A DNA stretch of 64,000 nt from the human T2T-CHM13v2.0 reference genome, Homo sapiens: assembly GCF_009914755.1 (NCBI RefSeq), contig NC_060945.1, one strand, 5' to 3'. Both the position numbers and the translations under genes were made by a program. Each line of letters begins with the position of its first letter. The first letter of the stretch is position 1. Of the stretch, positions 30,120-45,339 are shown piece after piece. A model generated the notes under the pieces. It ran no database searches. It was given only the letters and a program-made list of their open reading frames with translations, and was not told the origin of the DNA.

Positions 30120-30890
30120 ACCTCGCACTCAGCTTGTCATATCAGTGGATAATGTGAAGTTAAGAGGAATATAAACACCAGGGAAGATCAAATAAGGATC
30201 CCAGAGGATTTCAACAGTTTATTAGAAGGATAAAAGCCACAAGGATAACATATCAAAGAGGTACATTTAAGTTCTGAGTTGGGTTTTTGAAAAAAAAATC
30301 TATTAAAATAAGATGGGGAAGGCCTTGTTGGGTAAGAATTGATGTTGAGGGTTTAAGATACCACGAGCTCAGTCTGAGTCAACAGTTTGATGTGGCTTTT
30401 AATAAAAGGAATTGACTCTAGAGGAAACAAGGACAACGGGAACCTCACTGCAGCCTGCATGGGGCAGACCACACAGAGGCTCACACAGGATGCTGAGCGC
30501 CTGGGCACGCTTACAAGTAAGAACAGGGAGAATGGCTTGGGAACCTTAGGCAGGGTTGCCCAAAGAGACGTGGCAGGAGGTAAATGAAAGCCGTTTTTAA
30601 GTATTTAAAAGGTGATGAGTAAGGATAAGCAGAAGACTTGCACAGGACTCTGTGGGTGAATATAGAAACAAAGAGAAATGGCAAGACTCACCAGAAAGAA
30701 CATATTATCTCAACATGATGAAGAACTTTCTAGGACTTAGGGCTGACTAACAAAACCGATGGTTGAAAGCTGGGAGATCTCCAGGAATGGGAGAGGCTGC
30801 CCAGTGGGCAGGCTCACCTGTTGGCCAGGGTCTTGCAGGGACCATACCTCCTTTGAGAGGGGCACTGGGTCAAGATGCCAAATCCCCATT
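30120..30890 (+). mobile_element. CR1/L3 LINE remnant
   Basis: gataatgtgaagttaagagg...aggatcccagaggatttcaacag...agctcagtctgagtcaacagtttgatgtggc resembles the L3 RT and 3' region. Confidence 0.65.
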
Positions 30891-32785
30891 AAAGTCTCTT
30901 CTACCACAAGTCCACTTGACACCTCCTTATGAAAGATGATTTACAGGTTTTTCCCTAACCTGGCTGCCCTTGTCCAGGGCATGTGGCCATGACCTTCCTC
31001 AAGTCTGACACACACAGCTAGACATGGCTTCCAAGGTAGTTCTCTTGAGCCTGACGAAACTCAAGACCTTAGCCTTTTCACAGTGAAGCCACACTTAATT
31101 TTTGTAAAGATGCTTATTTAAGAGGAGCCCATGGAACTAGTCTTTTTTTCTTTATTACTAAAATGGTAACTGTTAAGCATTTGCTATCTATCAGACACTT
31201 ACCATCATTATCACACTTAATCTTCAACTCAACTTAATGGCATATGAGTCTTTTAATATGCATACAATACCCTTGCACAAGTGACTTTCTAAATGATGAG
31301 AAAACTTTCTATGGGAAGAAAAGGCAATCAATTCCTAGAGATAACATTTTCTATACCCCTTTAGATATATAACTGCATATGATTTTCTACTCTATTGTCT
31401 TTCTTATTTGCCTGGTAGCTGTGTTCCCAAGGCATTTAACAGACAAATTAATAACTAATATTAGGATATGTTACCATAAAGGTGGGTGAGCTTTTTGGAA
31501 TTGTATGTGACATCCTAAGGTAATGAATGAATGAAGGCCCAATAGGAAATTGTACTTTGTAGGTGGTAGGTACTGTCTCTGGCTTCAAGTTGAAGGAAAG
31601 AACTTAAATTAAAATAGTGCAGACAGCATAGCACTTCTTCCATATACATGACTCCAACATTCCTGCTCATTCCCACTCTCCCCTGGCCTCACACATATAA
31701 ATTCCTTTTCTACTTTTGTTGGTAACATGAATCTCCTTTCCATGGGTGAATCTGTGGGTATTTGAGTAACAGTGTCAAATCAGCAGCACACAGGCTCTGG
31801 AAACTGTGTGCACTGAATTGAGCCCTGGGGCTGGAATAACCTACACATTACTTCCATAATCATGGCTGATTGCCTGTGCTTTAGCCTCACCCCTACACAA
31901 ACAGGTTTCATTCTGATTCGGCTGCTCCAGAGTTACATGGATTTATAATAAGCAGAAGGCAGAGAATGCCTTCATGGTATCCAAACAGCAGTAATTTCCT
32001 CCAAAAGCTTCCTTTTGTGCTCTATCCCTCATAAATGGCATAAAGCTTTCACCATAGCAAGAAGACACAAAGGTTTTCAAAACTAAGATCCTACGTTGTC
32101 ACATATAAAAAAGTTTACCTCATGTGATCTATTGGGTATTTACATTCTACTAGCAATTTTATGGCCATGAAGTTCCTTTCAAAAGGAATTCACATCAGAA
32201 ATGTGTAAGTTAAAAAGAAAACCTTCTGATTCCACTTGAGGGTTAAAAAAAATTTTTAAGGGAACCTTTCTGAAATCCATCTGAGAATCATCTAACCTGT
32301 GTAGTGAGGCAAGAATAACCAAAATCAGGTTTCACTTTAGAAATATTTCCAATGAGTAGCTTAATTGTAGGAATGAGAAAAAGCTAGTCACTTTTTACTG
32401 TAGCCACTGACTCTTGCCCACGTTCTTCTTAGGGTCAACAGTAATAGGACAAATAGTATACTCAGACAATAAAAGGCTTTGGAGAAACATAGGCTTGATT
32501 TGAGTTGAGTTTGGGTCCAATTACTAGCTTTTGTAAGCCTCGACTTCAACAAATGGGGTATACAACACACATCAATGGATTAAAATGTGGATACATAATC
32601 CAACTAACTACTGCTCTAAGAATTACATGTGACTCACATTAAGATGGTGGTATACAATAAGGGCTAAGTAAAACATAGCCACCGATCTCACAATAATGTT
32701 ACTGTTGCTGTCAGGTAGTTAGACATTTCCTCATTTGCAAGATTTCCAATTAACAAATAAAAACCATGTCAGATGCAGAAAAACA

Positions 32786-33090
<305 letters not shown>

Positions 33091-33099
33091 AAACAATTA

Positions 33100-33750
33100 T
33101 TTATAACATATATACAAGAAAATTTTCATGACATTATAGCATGTAGATTTAAAAAATAAGACACTCAAAGCATTACCCATTAAGGAAGGCTTAAGAAGTG
33201 AGAATGGGCTACAATTAAGTTTCACTGCAACAAATGACACCATTAAGAGAGTAAAAAGCAAGCCACAGAGTAGAAAAAGATACTTGCAATGAATATAATC
33301 AACAGCGATGATATACAAAATACACAAAGAGCTGCCATAAATCATTAACAAAGAAACTCTGATGGAAAAAAAATGGACAAGAGAGTAAAATAAGCACTTC
33401 ACAAAAGATGATATTGAAATGGTCATTAAGCGCATGAATATGTGCTCAATTTCATATTAATATCTTAAAAAGGATTTTAAAAAATCTCAGTATCAAGTTT
33501 GCAAAGATGAGGAATAACTAGAATTCTCCTAGGCTGCTAATGAGAGTATAAATTACATTAATCATTTTGAAAACTGTTTGGCATATCCTGAATATGTGCC
33601 TAACCCATGACCCTGCAATGCCACTCCTAGGTATATATGTTTGTCCAACAGAAATGTGGACAAACATAACCTGAGAACAGGTACAAGAGTGCTCACAACA
33701 ACATTGCTTGTGATCCTTAACACCTGGGAACAACTCAAATGTACCTATGG
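33100..33750 (+). mobile_element. Old L1 (L1ME-like) ORF2 3' fragment
   Basis: gacaccattaagagagtaaaaagcaagccacagag...aaatggacaagagagtaaaataagcacttcacaaaag...ccactcctaggtatata. Confidence 0.75.
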
Positions 33751-33751
33751 A

Positions 33752-33860
33752 ATGGTTGCTATATGTCCCAGTTGGCCTGGGACTGTCCTCGCTTATACCT
33801 GGTATACTGGCATAACTGTTAATAGCGTCTACTCTCGAAAGTGTCCTGGTGAATGCCATC
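33752..33860 (+). mobile_element. MER94-like hAT (Blackjack) MITE fragment
   Basis: atatgtcccagttggcctgggactgtcc...ataactgttaatagcg...aaagtgtcctggt resembles MER94. Confidence 0.6.
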
Positions 33861-34520
33861 AACATCAATGGGGGTTGGGGTGGGGTAGGAGGGTTAAGAA
33901 CTTCCAAAGAGCCATTCCTTCACAAAAGCAACACGAACAGTGGTAAAAAATGGTCAAAATCAACTTTTTCACAATTCCAGAAATTAATCTAAGTTCTGCA
34001 ACAATCTAAGCTGCATTTATTAAAGACAAATGGCTGAACTTCAGTAAAAACAGCAAGTTTTGTGATATTTTAAATTGCTCTATTTCCATCTTTTTCTCCT
34101 CATCTATACAATCACATGAAAACCAGCTGTGTAGCACCACAGGAGGGAACAACCTTCCTCAAGTCTGACACATGGAACTAAACATGGCATTCCAAGGTAG
34201 ATCTCTACATCTTCCCCAAAACACCTTTCTCAGAGAACCATCACTAAGCGACCTGTCTAGCAGGTCCCAGAAAAACCTCTTCACGAGCTTGTTGCTATTT
34301 GACCTGACTCAGACCTCATTCATGCAAACACTCTTCACTCCAGGGGGTGCTTGTGAAAAACAATTAATGACAATTGTTTAGCACTACAGTCGCCTGAAGC
34401 AGTGATAACAGTCGAACAAATAAGAAGTTGACCAAGAAACTTGAGGAAAAGTTGGGGAATACGATTTCCACAAAAGGCTCTGAAAAGCTATGACACAGTC
34501 CTTGGAATCTGGAAGGTCAC

Positions 34521-34900
34521 TGATACGGTTTGGCTGTGTCCCCACCTAATCTCATCTTCAATTGTAGTGCCCATAATTCCCACATGTCGTGGAAGGGACC
34601 CAGTGGTAGGTAATCAAATCATGGGTGCAGGTCTTTCCATGCTGTTCTCGTGATAGTAAGTCTCATGAAATCTGATGGTTTTATAAAGGGGAGTTCCCCT
34701 GCACATGCTCTCTCTTGTCTGCTGCCATGTAAGAAGACTTTGCTCCTCCTTTGCCTTCTGCCATGACGGTGAGGCCTCCCCAGCCATGTGGAACTGTGAG
34801 TCCATTAAACCTCTTTTCCTTATAAATTACCCAGTCTCGGGTATGTCTTTATTAGCGGCTAAGAGAGTCACAACACAGTCTTAGTGAATTGACTAATACA
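34521..34900 (+). mobile_element. THE1B-like solo LTR with 5-bp TSD GTCAC
   Basis: Begins TGATACGGTTTGGCTGTGTCCCCACC and ends GACTAATACA. GTCAC occurs at 34516-34520 and 34901-34905. Confidence 0.93.
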
Positions 34901-35384
34901 GTCACAAATATGTATAAGGCTGTCCACAAGCCCAGATAGTCCCAAGAAGTTCCTAAGCTCACCCTATGACTGACCCTACAGCTCGGTGAAAGCAGAGATG
35001 AAGGCTAAGGCAGAGATGAAGCTAGTTGCCTGAGTGTTGATCATGTGCTTGAACTTGCAAACTTCTGTTCTTAGGAAAGACTAGGAAACTTATTGCTTCT
35101 GTACTTTTAAGGAAATCTCTCTCTAATAATTAGCTGACTACTAAACTAGCTGAGCAGAGACTTCAGTGGGCACACATAACAAAGCCTAAATATTTCACAG
35201 ATTTTAAGAAAGTCACTAAACAAAGAAGCACTATCACCACCGATAATCAACAACAATAGCAAATCCTGGAGGATGGGAGGTGGATCTGCTTTCAGAGTTG
35301 CCACATTTATATTATTTTAAATGTACAATTTAAACCAAAAAAGTATGAGACATGCAAATAAACAACAAACAACAATAAAGTATG

Positions 35385-35680
35385 GGCCAGGAATGGTGAT
35401 TCATGCCTATCATCCCAGTGGGTTGGGAGACCAAAATGGGAAGACTGCTTGAAGCCAAGAGTTTGAGACCAGCCTGGGCAACATAGCAAGATTCTGTCTT
35501 TAAAAAATATTTTTAAAAAATCAGCCAGGTGTGGTGGTGTACACCTGTAGTCCCAGCTACTTGAGAGGCTAAGGTGGGAAGATTGCTTGAGTCCAGGAGT
35601 TCAAGGTTACAGTGAGCTATGATTGCACCACTGTACTCCAGCCTGGGTAATAGAGCAAGACCCTATCTCTAAAACAATTA
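35385..35680 (+). mobile_element. Alu (AluJ-like) with TSD aataaagtatgg
   Basis: Alu consensus with a flanking duplication. Confidence 0.9.
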
Positions 35681-35897
35681 AATAAAGTATGGCCCATATA
35701 TAGAAAAAGAAGTAGTCAATAGAAACTGTCTCAGAAAAGTCCCATGTTGAGTGTACTAGACAAAGATTTCAAGCAACTATTTTGAACGTATTCAAAGAAC
35801 TAAAATAAACCATGTCTAAAGAAATAAAGTATGAGGCTAATATCACATTAAATAGAGAATATCAATAAGGAAATATAACTTTTGTTTGAAAGAACCA

Positions 35898-36892
<995 letters not shown>

Positions 36893-38103
36893 TCATATAT
36901 ATGTATATTTTATATATATATAAATATAAAAAAATAAAAATAACCAGAAGAGCTCAACAGCAGATTTGAGTTGGAAGAAAAAAGAATCAGTGAACTTATG
37001 ACAGATCAAGTGAGATTAAGGAATAGAATGAAAAAAAAATGAACAGAGTCTCAGAGGCTTATGGGACTTCATCAAGCATACTAATGTAAACACAACAGGA
37101 GTCACCAAAGGAGTGGAGCAAGATAAATGAGCAGGAAGACTATTTGAAGAAATAATAGCTAAAAACTTTCCAAATGTGATTTAAATACACAAACACATGC
37201 ACACAAATCTACAGATCCAAAAGACACTACCCCATAAATATATACACATTGTATTTTGTGGCTACTAGTACCCACAACAATTTTTAAAATTTAAAAATAT
37301 TAAAAGATACATATCTGAAAGACAATAAATTCCAGGTAAAGTAAACTCAAAGAGAATGATACCTAGACACATAATACTCAAACTGTTTAACGACAAAGTC
37401 ACGATCTTCAAATCAGCAAGGGAGCCTCATAGGATAAACAGCTGATTTTTCATCAAACACCATGAAGGCCAGAAAGCAGTGGGATTTTCAAAGCACTGAA
37501 ATAAGATGGTCAATTAAGAATTCTATATCCAGCAAAACTATCCTTCAAAAATGAAAGGGAAATTAAGTCATTCCCAGATAAATAAAAGTGTCCTGGCTTG
37601 GATGATAAAAGACATACTCAATTCAACTAGTAGGCTGCATTTGTGAGTGGGGTGGGGTTGGGGAAGGTGGCTTAGGTGCCTGAAACTTCTATTTCTTGTC
37701 CTGGTTGGTGGTTGCATAATTACTTTATGATAGCTCACTGAGCAGTACACTTATGTTGTGTGCACTCTTCTTTCTGTGTTTTACATCACAGATTTTTAAA
37801 AAAGAAAACACAGATGCTTTGTCTTTATATAATCAAAATTAGCACTTTATATTTCTTACTTTAATTGTCCAAATAGAAACAGCTTCTGAAGCCAAAGCCA
37901 GAAACTTGGTGAAATAAATGATTTCTTTCCTCTATACCTTTGTTCTAGCCCCCTCCTTGCATGTTATATTCTTACGGTCCTTGTCACGCCATTTATACCT
38001 GCTCTTCCTTTAATAGTCATTGGTAGGCTTTACCACATTATAAAGATTTGCTATGTCTGTCCCCTCCGTTATATGTGAACACTTTTAAGAAGACGAACTG
38101 TCA

Positions 38104-38392
38104 GCTGGGCGCAGTGGCTTACACCTGTAATCCCAGCACTTTGGTAGGCCGAGGTGGGTGGATGACCTGAGATCAGGAGTTCGAGACCAGCCTGACCAAT
38201 ATGGTGAAACCCCGTATCTACTGAAAATACAAAAATTAGCCAGGCGTGGCAGCAGGTGCCTATAGTCCCAGCTACTCAAGAGGCTGAGACAGGAGAATTG
38301 CTTGAACCTGGGAGGCAGAGATTGCAGGGAGCTGAGATCGTGCCACTGCACTTCCAGCATGGGTGACAAAGCAAGGCTTCATCTCAAAAAAA
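38104..38392 (+). mobile_element. Alu (AluS-like)
   Basis: Alu consensus; gaactgtca on both flanks. Confidence 0.92.
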
Positions 38393-39147
38393 GAGAGGAA
38401 CTGTCAAAATCTTCTTAGTATTCTCAATAGCACTATGCAGAGCACATAGGAAGCACAGAATAAAGGTTTGAGAAAATAATTCTTCAATGGAATCAATAAA
38501 GAAAGCCTTCCTACATAACAACACAAAAAAGTTCTTGCAGAGTATATTACAACTATTCCAAACTCAAAAGATTCCCTATCAGAAAAATGTTAATCCTGAA
38601 GCAGTTAGCAGAGAAGTATTTTTTTTAAAAAATGTTGAAATTCAAGGATGCTGAGTAGAAAGTTCTGATCAGATGAGGAAGAGAAACTGTTTAGGTGATG
38701 CCAGTCATTTCTGAGATGTCATTATTTTACTTTATGATTAATATGAGAAAGGAACATATTATAAATAAAACTTTTTGACAGCTCAAATCATGTCTAAAAG
38801 AAGAAATTCACGATCCCTTTCTTAAATGCAACAGAAATGGTACTGAGACCACACAAAGATATCCTTCAACTCATGACAAACAGAGCAAGTTTCTCACATC
38901 CAACTCATAGCCCTCCTTAGCCTTCACTTGGAAAACTTCTGAATGTACCTACTCCTGGAATTTAATATAGATGTTTATTTTGTCATTCACTGTTTTTGTT
39001 TTTATAATGAGCAACAGATTAATCTCACCACTAAAAAAAAAAAAAAAAAAAAAAAAAGCAGTGGAGGGAGACTGGGTGCCTAGGCAAGAAAAGAAGGTAG
39101 CCAGTTCAGAGGTTTGAAATGCCCTGCAAAGGAAGTGCCCAACAAAC

Positions 39148-39320
39148 CTGAAAAAGGAAGGCATCACCCAGGGAATTGCTGAGGCAGAAGACAAAGTCCT
39201 TCTTGGGGTGCTCAGGCACCGCCTGCACAATGCTGTTCTCCACCCAGACGGCGTGTTTGGGGATGCTGTTGTGGTCTATCCCAGACCTGCCGTCGCTCTC
39301 GTAGAAAAATAGCGTGCATC
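39148..39320 (-). CDS. TIAM1: TIAM1 coding exon 3 (PH domain)
   Basis: Translates (G)CTLFFYESDGRSGIDHNSIPKHAVWVENSIVQAVPEHPKKDFVFCLSNSLGDAFLFQ. Acceptor tttcctcag|, donor CAG|gtttgt. 173 nt, restores phase 0. Confidence 0.97.
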
Positions 39321-40697
39321 CTGAGGAAACAGAACAGGGGTGTGCATGAGTATTCAGTGCTTGGGAAACAAAAGAACCCACAGTTGAACCTAACATGTGC
39401 ACCCTGTCAGAGGCTGAAAATTAAAGCACGTGGAACCCAGGAAGTAAAGAGAATGGAGCCAGGCTTGGACTCAAGTCTTGGATGGGCCTAAAGAAGGACA
39501 AAGATCTTAAATTGTAGCTTCTCAGCCTGCCCGGGTTTCCTTCCTGCATGCCCTCAAGTTCTCTCAAACCCTTCCTTTGGGTTTTAGAATGATTCATTAC
39601 AGGTCTCCTCACAGACATAGGGTCTTGTGACTCCTCTGTCCCGAGGCAGAGGTCCTCCAGGCCAGAACTTTGCCTGGCACTATGTGAGGATCAGAAGTCA
39701 CTACCGTCCGATTGAAGCCCATTCAAATATGTCTCGTATGATATGCAACCAGAAAAATCTAGAAAATGTATTTAGTTCCAGACCATGCCCTTGGATAAAA
39801 CAATATATAATACCAGCGTTAAGTACTTTAAGGATAAGAAAAACAATGATACATTTTTGGTCTAACATCCCATCTATAAACTTTTTTTTTTTCTAGAAGC
39901 CAACCATGCCCTTGTTCCTACTGAAAGAGGAAATCTATGGCACACATACAAAGGCCTGGGAGAAGCCGGAGTCCTGGTCCATGCATAATTGCACTGTGAA
40001 ACTAACAAGATAGTAGCAACAGAATATTTTATAGACTTGTGGCAAGATGGCTTCCATAGACTCCTTCCATTATCATCTAAACTTGAGGCTCACTTTAATA
40101 GCAATTATGAGCTGAACATTTACTCCAAACTAACTGAAATCAATTTCAGGGGAAGCCAGGGTATAACTTTATGACTCTTCCTCAACTTCAACATAAGCTG
40201 TCCGTCCATTTTCACCATTTTCCTTACCACAAACAAGTGCCACACTTCCTGTGAACTGCACAACCCTTGAAAGTTCAATCTATTCGGCTACAATGGGAAT
40301 CTGTCAAGCAAATTTGCTTATATGCGATTAGTAGTGTAGAATGATGCAGATCAATGGAAAGGTCACACTGGTTCAAGGGCAACTTTTCCTAGCCTATAAT
40401 ATTTCACATTACCACAGAATAGCTGTTGAACTCTACGTCCCTCCAAACAGATGAATGTAGCATATTGATATGCCCTGCCCACTTATTTCACATTTTTTTT
40501 CTCTTGGTACAGTTTGACCATGGGCTCTGCTTACAAGTCCTTATTGCACGGTGCTGCTGAGCATCATGATTTCATACTTGTGGTCCTTGTCTCCATAATT
40601 TAGGAGTCTCAATTATTCCTTCTACCCATTCAAGTTACAGTTGCTTCTTTTTTCAAAGGTAAAGCCCTATGCTAATGCTTTTTTGAAAGATAAAGTT

Positions 40698-40997
<300 letters not shown>

Positions 40998-41044
40998 TTA
41001 TATTGCTTATTGTTAAAAAATTTTAGTGGAGTTCTGCAGGGTTA

Positions 41045-41355
41045 TTTTTATTTTTTATTACTATTATTTTTGTAGATATGGGGTCCCACTGTTGCTCAGG
41101 CTGGAGTACAGTGGCACAATCATAGCTCACTGCAGCCTTGAACTCCTGGGCTCAAGTGAACCTCCTATCTCAGCCTCCCAAATAGCTGGAACTACAGGCA
41201 TATACAACCATACCTGGCTAATTTGTGTATTTTTTTGTAAAGACAAGGTCTCACTATGTTACCCAGGTTGGTCTCAAATTCCTGGCCTCAAGTGATCCTC
41301 CTGCCTCAGCCTCCTATAGTGCTGGGATTACAGGAGTGAGGCACCACACCAAGCT
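41045..41355 (-). mobile_element. Alu (AluJ-like)
   Basis: Reverse Alu consensus. Confidence 0.9.
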
Positions 41356-41599
41356 AATTTCTTTTAGTTTGGGGTTTAAAAGTTGCATGGTACAATTTAA
41401 ATACATACCTGTAGAGTAGTCTGCCCCAACTCTATTTTTCTCAAATCCCAAAGATTTTGAGGATCTCAAGGCTTTTCAGGAACACTTGTATGAAAAAGCA
41501 GAATAATCTGTACCTCCTATTTCCATGCCTTAGGCTAGCACAGATTAGAGAGACAAAGAAATAACAAAAATGGGAGGGGGAAACCGTTTTCCTCTAAGT

Positions 41600-41793
41600 C
41601 AGAGGTTCTTATGATGGGGCAAACTTGGCAATGTCTGGTGACCTTTCTGGTTGTCACAACTTGGGGGAAGGTGCTATTGGCATCTAGAGGACAGAGCCTA
41701 AAGAAGCTGTTAAGCATCCACAATGCCCAAGACAGCCCTCACAACAAATAATTATCCAGAAAATGTCAACAGTGTCACTGTTGAGAAACCCTG
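41600..41793 (+). mobile_element. MER20 (hAT-Charlie MITE) with 8-bp TSD
   Basis: ttggcaatgtctgg...ttgtcacaacttggggg...ggcatctag...aatgtcaacagtgtcactgttgagaaaccctg; flanked by ctctaagt and ctctaaat. Confidence 0.85.
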
Positions 41794-42734
41794 CTCTAAA
41801 TAGTTTTTACGACTAATTCAACACTAATGAAAAGTAGATTCCTAACATAAAAGGAGCAACACACGTTAGCATAGCTTAAGAAGAGAGAAAGAAGCCTGTG
41901 GATAATGAATTAGGGGACACTCACCAATCCTAACACACGCACCTAGTGAATGTTGTATGGTCCCATCAGGTAACTGTTTGTATAATTTTTCAACTTTGAT
42001 TTAGAATCATCCACAACAAAGCACCACCAAAAGTGATTAAAATCAGCTTTTACTCATGATCAACTCGTTCCAACTTTAAGATGAACGCGAAGCAGCAAAT
42101 CTGAGAACCACGTTCTCCCTGGTGAAAGTCTGTTTACCTTCATCTTCCCTGGAACATAATCTGTACGTTCTTCCGTTGTCCATGGAAACACTCCAGAGAC
42201 TAATTCCAAATGAAATCTTTTTTTAAAAAAATCAATTACTTTGCCTAATGGGAAAGAATCTTTAGGGAAAAAAAATCTCTATCCCACAGTTCCAACATGT
42301 TCTGCTTTTTATTTCCCAATATTCAAGCATTGCTAAGAAAAAGTCAGCTGCAAGTCTTGCTTTTGAGCAGCAAGGACAAAGCCCTGAGGATGTCAACAAA
42401 TCCTGGGAACCCATCAGGATGAAGCAAAGAACTCGGTGGCTCCATGTTCTGGGCCTGAATTCCAACAGGCTGTGTCACTCAGCTCTGCGTCACCAAGAAA
42501 GTAAAGACTCCCTTCCCTAAAGGGCCTGTGGGCTGTGCTCCTGGACACCTGCACCCTGACTTCCTGTGTCATTTACTCTCTGAGGGAATGGCAGAAACAA
42601 AATAAACCCCTCTGATATGTCCCAAGTAAAAAAAAGCCAACTAATCATTTTTATTTTATGCCACTAACATTGCTGCTCTCAAACTGAGAGTGAGAATCCC
42701 CTGGGAAGCTTGTTTAAATCACAAAGTCAGGGTC

Positions 42735-43105
42735 TGCTGAAGGCTGAATTGTGTCCTCCAAACATCCTAAATCCAGTTAGCTCAGAATATGATCATCTTT
42801 GGAAATAGGGCCTTTAAAGAGGTAATTACGATAATATGAGGTCACGTGGGTGGTCCCTGATCCAATATAAATGGTGCCATTATAAGAAGGAATTTGAACA
42901 TAGACAAGTAAAGGGAAGACCATGTGAAGACATCGGAAGAAGACAGCCATCTCCAAGTCAAGGAGAGCAGTCTCAGAAGAAACCAACCCTGCCAACACCT
43001 TGATCTTGGATTTCCAGCCTCCAGGACTGTGAGATGATACATTTCTGTTATTTCCACCATCCAGTCTGTGGTGCTTTGCTATGGCAGCCCCAGCAAACTC
43101 ATCCA
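42735..43105 (+). mobile_element. MLT1B/C-like LTR nested in a MER5-like MITE (about 42670-43215)
   Basis: ggctgaattgtgtcctccaaa...tttggaaatagggcc...accaaccctgccaacaccttgatcttggatttccagcctccaggactgtgaga; MER5-like halves lie on either side. Confidence 0.82.
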
Positions 43106-43537
43106 GGGCCTACCTCCAAATCTTGTGATTCAGCAGGTGTGGGGTACAACCCAGAAAGACCCTCAAGAGGCTGTGATGCAGGTGATCTTCGGATCAAGCT
43201 ATTAAGAACTTGGCACTAATTAATAAAATGAATGCTAAGATGGGCTGCTAAGGATAAGAGGCTGCAGCGTCCAGAGGTGTGCCCATCTAGGGGAGAAGCG
43301 GGAAGTGGAAGAGGAAGAAGCCTTTCCCCTCATCTCCTCTCACTCCCCCAGAGCAGAGCAGCTGGTGTGATCCAGGCCCCTCAGACATAACCCTGTAACA
43401 CCTCCAAGTTAAGCCAAGGCACGTCACACATGAGAAAGAACACTGCAGTTCTCCAAAATGCTTCCACACGATGCACATCTATGTCTCATAGGCAAGACCA
43501 CTACAGCAAAAAATCATCAAAAGATAATGTTCTAGGA

Positions 43538-43835
43538 GGCCGGGCACCAATGCAACTGTAAACCCAAGGCCAAAGCAGGAGGATCGCTTGAGGCCAAAAG
43601 TTGGAGATGAGCCTGGGCAACATAGTAAGACCCTGTCTCAACAAAAAATAAAAACATTAGCCAGGCATGGTGGCACATGCCTGTAGTCCCAGCTACTTGG
43701 GAGGCTGAAGCAGGAGGATCACTTGAGCCCAGGAATTTGTGGCTGCAGTGAGCTGTAACTGTGCCACTGCATTCCAGCCTGGAAGACAGAGTGAGACCCT
43801 GTCTCAAACAGAAAAAAAAAAAAAAAAAAAAGAAA
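43538..43835 (+). mobile_element. Alu (AluJ-like)
   Basis: Alu consensus; aaaagataatg on both flanks. Confidence 0.9.
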
Positions 43836-44675
43836 AAGATAATGCTGTAGGAATAGCTGAGCAACAAAACTTCAGAAGGAGCCAGGGCCTCTGAGTGACT
43901 TCATAGAAAAGAGTTATCACACAAGCCTTAAATCATCTATTTTTGATAGGTGGGAGGGAAATAAAGTTCTGTCTTGCTTATGGCATTGGGATTGGCATTG
44001 CTGGTCTCTGGCACATGCAGCAAAACCTATATCCTGACCAATACCCTCCCTTCCTGTGTCATCAGGCATCTGAGCAACAGCTGGCACCAAGAATAATGGG
44101 GCCAACGCAAGTCCTACTTGTGCAAGGGTTGACCTGCACCTGCACATCACCGCATAGGCATTTGTGTTCACCTCACTGAGCAGAGCTCTAGGCTGCTCCA
44201 TGTCTCTAGGATTGCATGTTCCCAAACCAACCACAGTCTGTGAAATCCAGTATCGAACGGTCTAGTTTGATACTGATAAGCCCAGGCTTCTTCCTCTTGT
44301 GCCCTTCCATCAATCCTGTTGACCTATCTAACCTAGCCTGCCATGTATTAACCCTGTTTCAAGTCTAGCTTGGGAAGAAAAGTCTGTGTGTTTGAGAAGT
44401 GTTTTTCCTTTTAAAATATAGAGCTCATAAATATATTACATTTTCTAGGCTACCAGGATGTATGCAGTACGTGCAACAATACGTACATGTACTTCACGAA
44501 AATGTGCAAAATGACAACAAATACCAACAAATACAAGCATGGTTATATAAACAGAAAATAAAGTGATCTACACATGCATGTCTGTATCTATATATACACA
44601 GTCAAAAACACAAAGTTTGACTATTAAATAGTGACTGGCTTTTTCATAAACATGATGGTCTATACAATCCATTAA

Positions 44676-44759
44676 TATCAGGTTGAATCCTATGAAATTA
44701 ACATTATTCTACCAATTTTTTCCTTTAAACATGGCAATTTCATAGAATTCAAGCTAATA
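44676..44759. mobile_element. MADE2-like mariner MITE
   Basis: About 80 bp with inverted ends tatcaggttgaatcctatgaaatt ... ggcaatttcatagaattcaagctaata. Confidence 0.75.
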
Positions 44760-44934
44760 AATTTCCCTCCAAAATAGTCACTTTGAAAGACAAAAAGCTG
44801 GATGAGTCCAAAAAGATTTGGTTTTTTTGGAACTCATCCTTTGAAACTGTCATCAAACCAGTTGCATACATGCCAAAACTAGACATGAGATGCTCCTCTA
44901 GCGTTAACTGTGAAAAGAGAAAATCAAACATCAT

Positions 44935-45270
44935 TTGCAGGGGTGGGGATGGGAGAGTTACTAATTAGGGGGCATAAAGTTTCACTTAAGTCACATGAAT
45001 AGGTTCTAGCTTATTTATTTGTTTGTTTGTTTATTATGAGCTGGTGTCTTGCTATGTTGCCCAGGCTGGTCTTGAACTCCTGGGCTCAAGTGAACCTCCT
45101 GCCTCCCAAAGTGCTGGGATTACAGGTGTGAGCTACTATGCCCAGCCCAGATGACTAGATTCTAGAAATCTGCCTTACAACATTGCACTTGTAGTCGATA
45201 ATGCCATATTGCACATTTTAAAATGTAAGAGGGTAGATTTCATGCGAAGTGCTCTTACTATGATAAATGT
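44935..45270 (+). mobile_element. L1MC/MB 3' fragment with an inserted Alu monomer (45010-45148, minus strand)
   Basis: ataaagtttcacttaag...atgaataggttctag...aagagggtagatttcatg; Alu left arm inside. Confidence 0.72.
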
Positions 45271-45339
45271 TTTAAATTAGTATGATTTTCAAATTCTGTA
45301 TAACAACAACAACAACAAACCCACCCATCCCGTGAGTAT

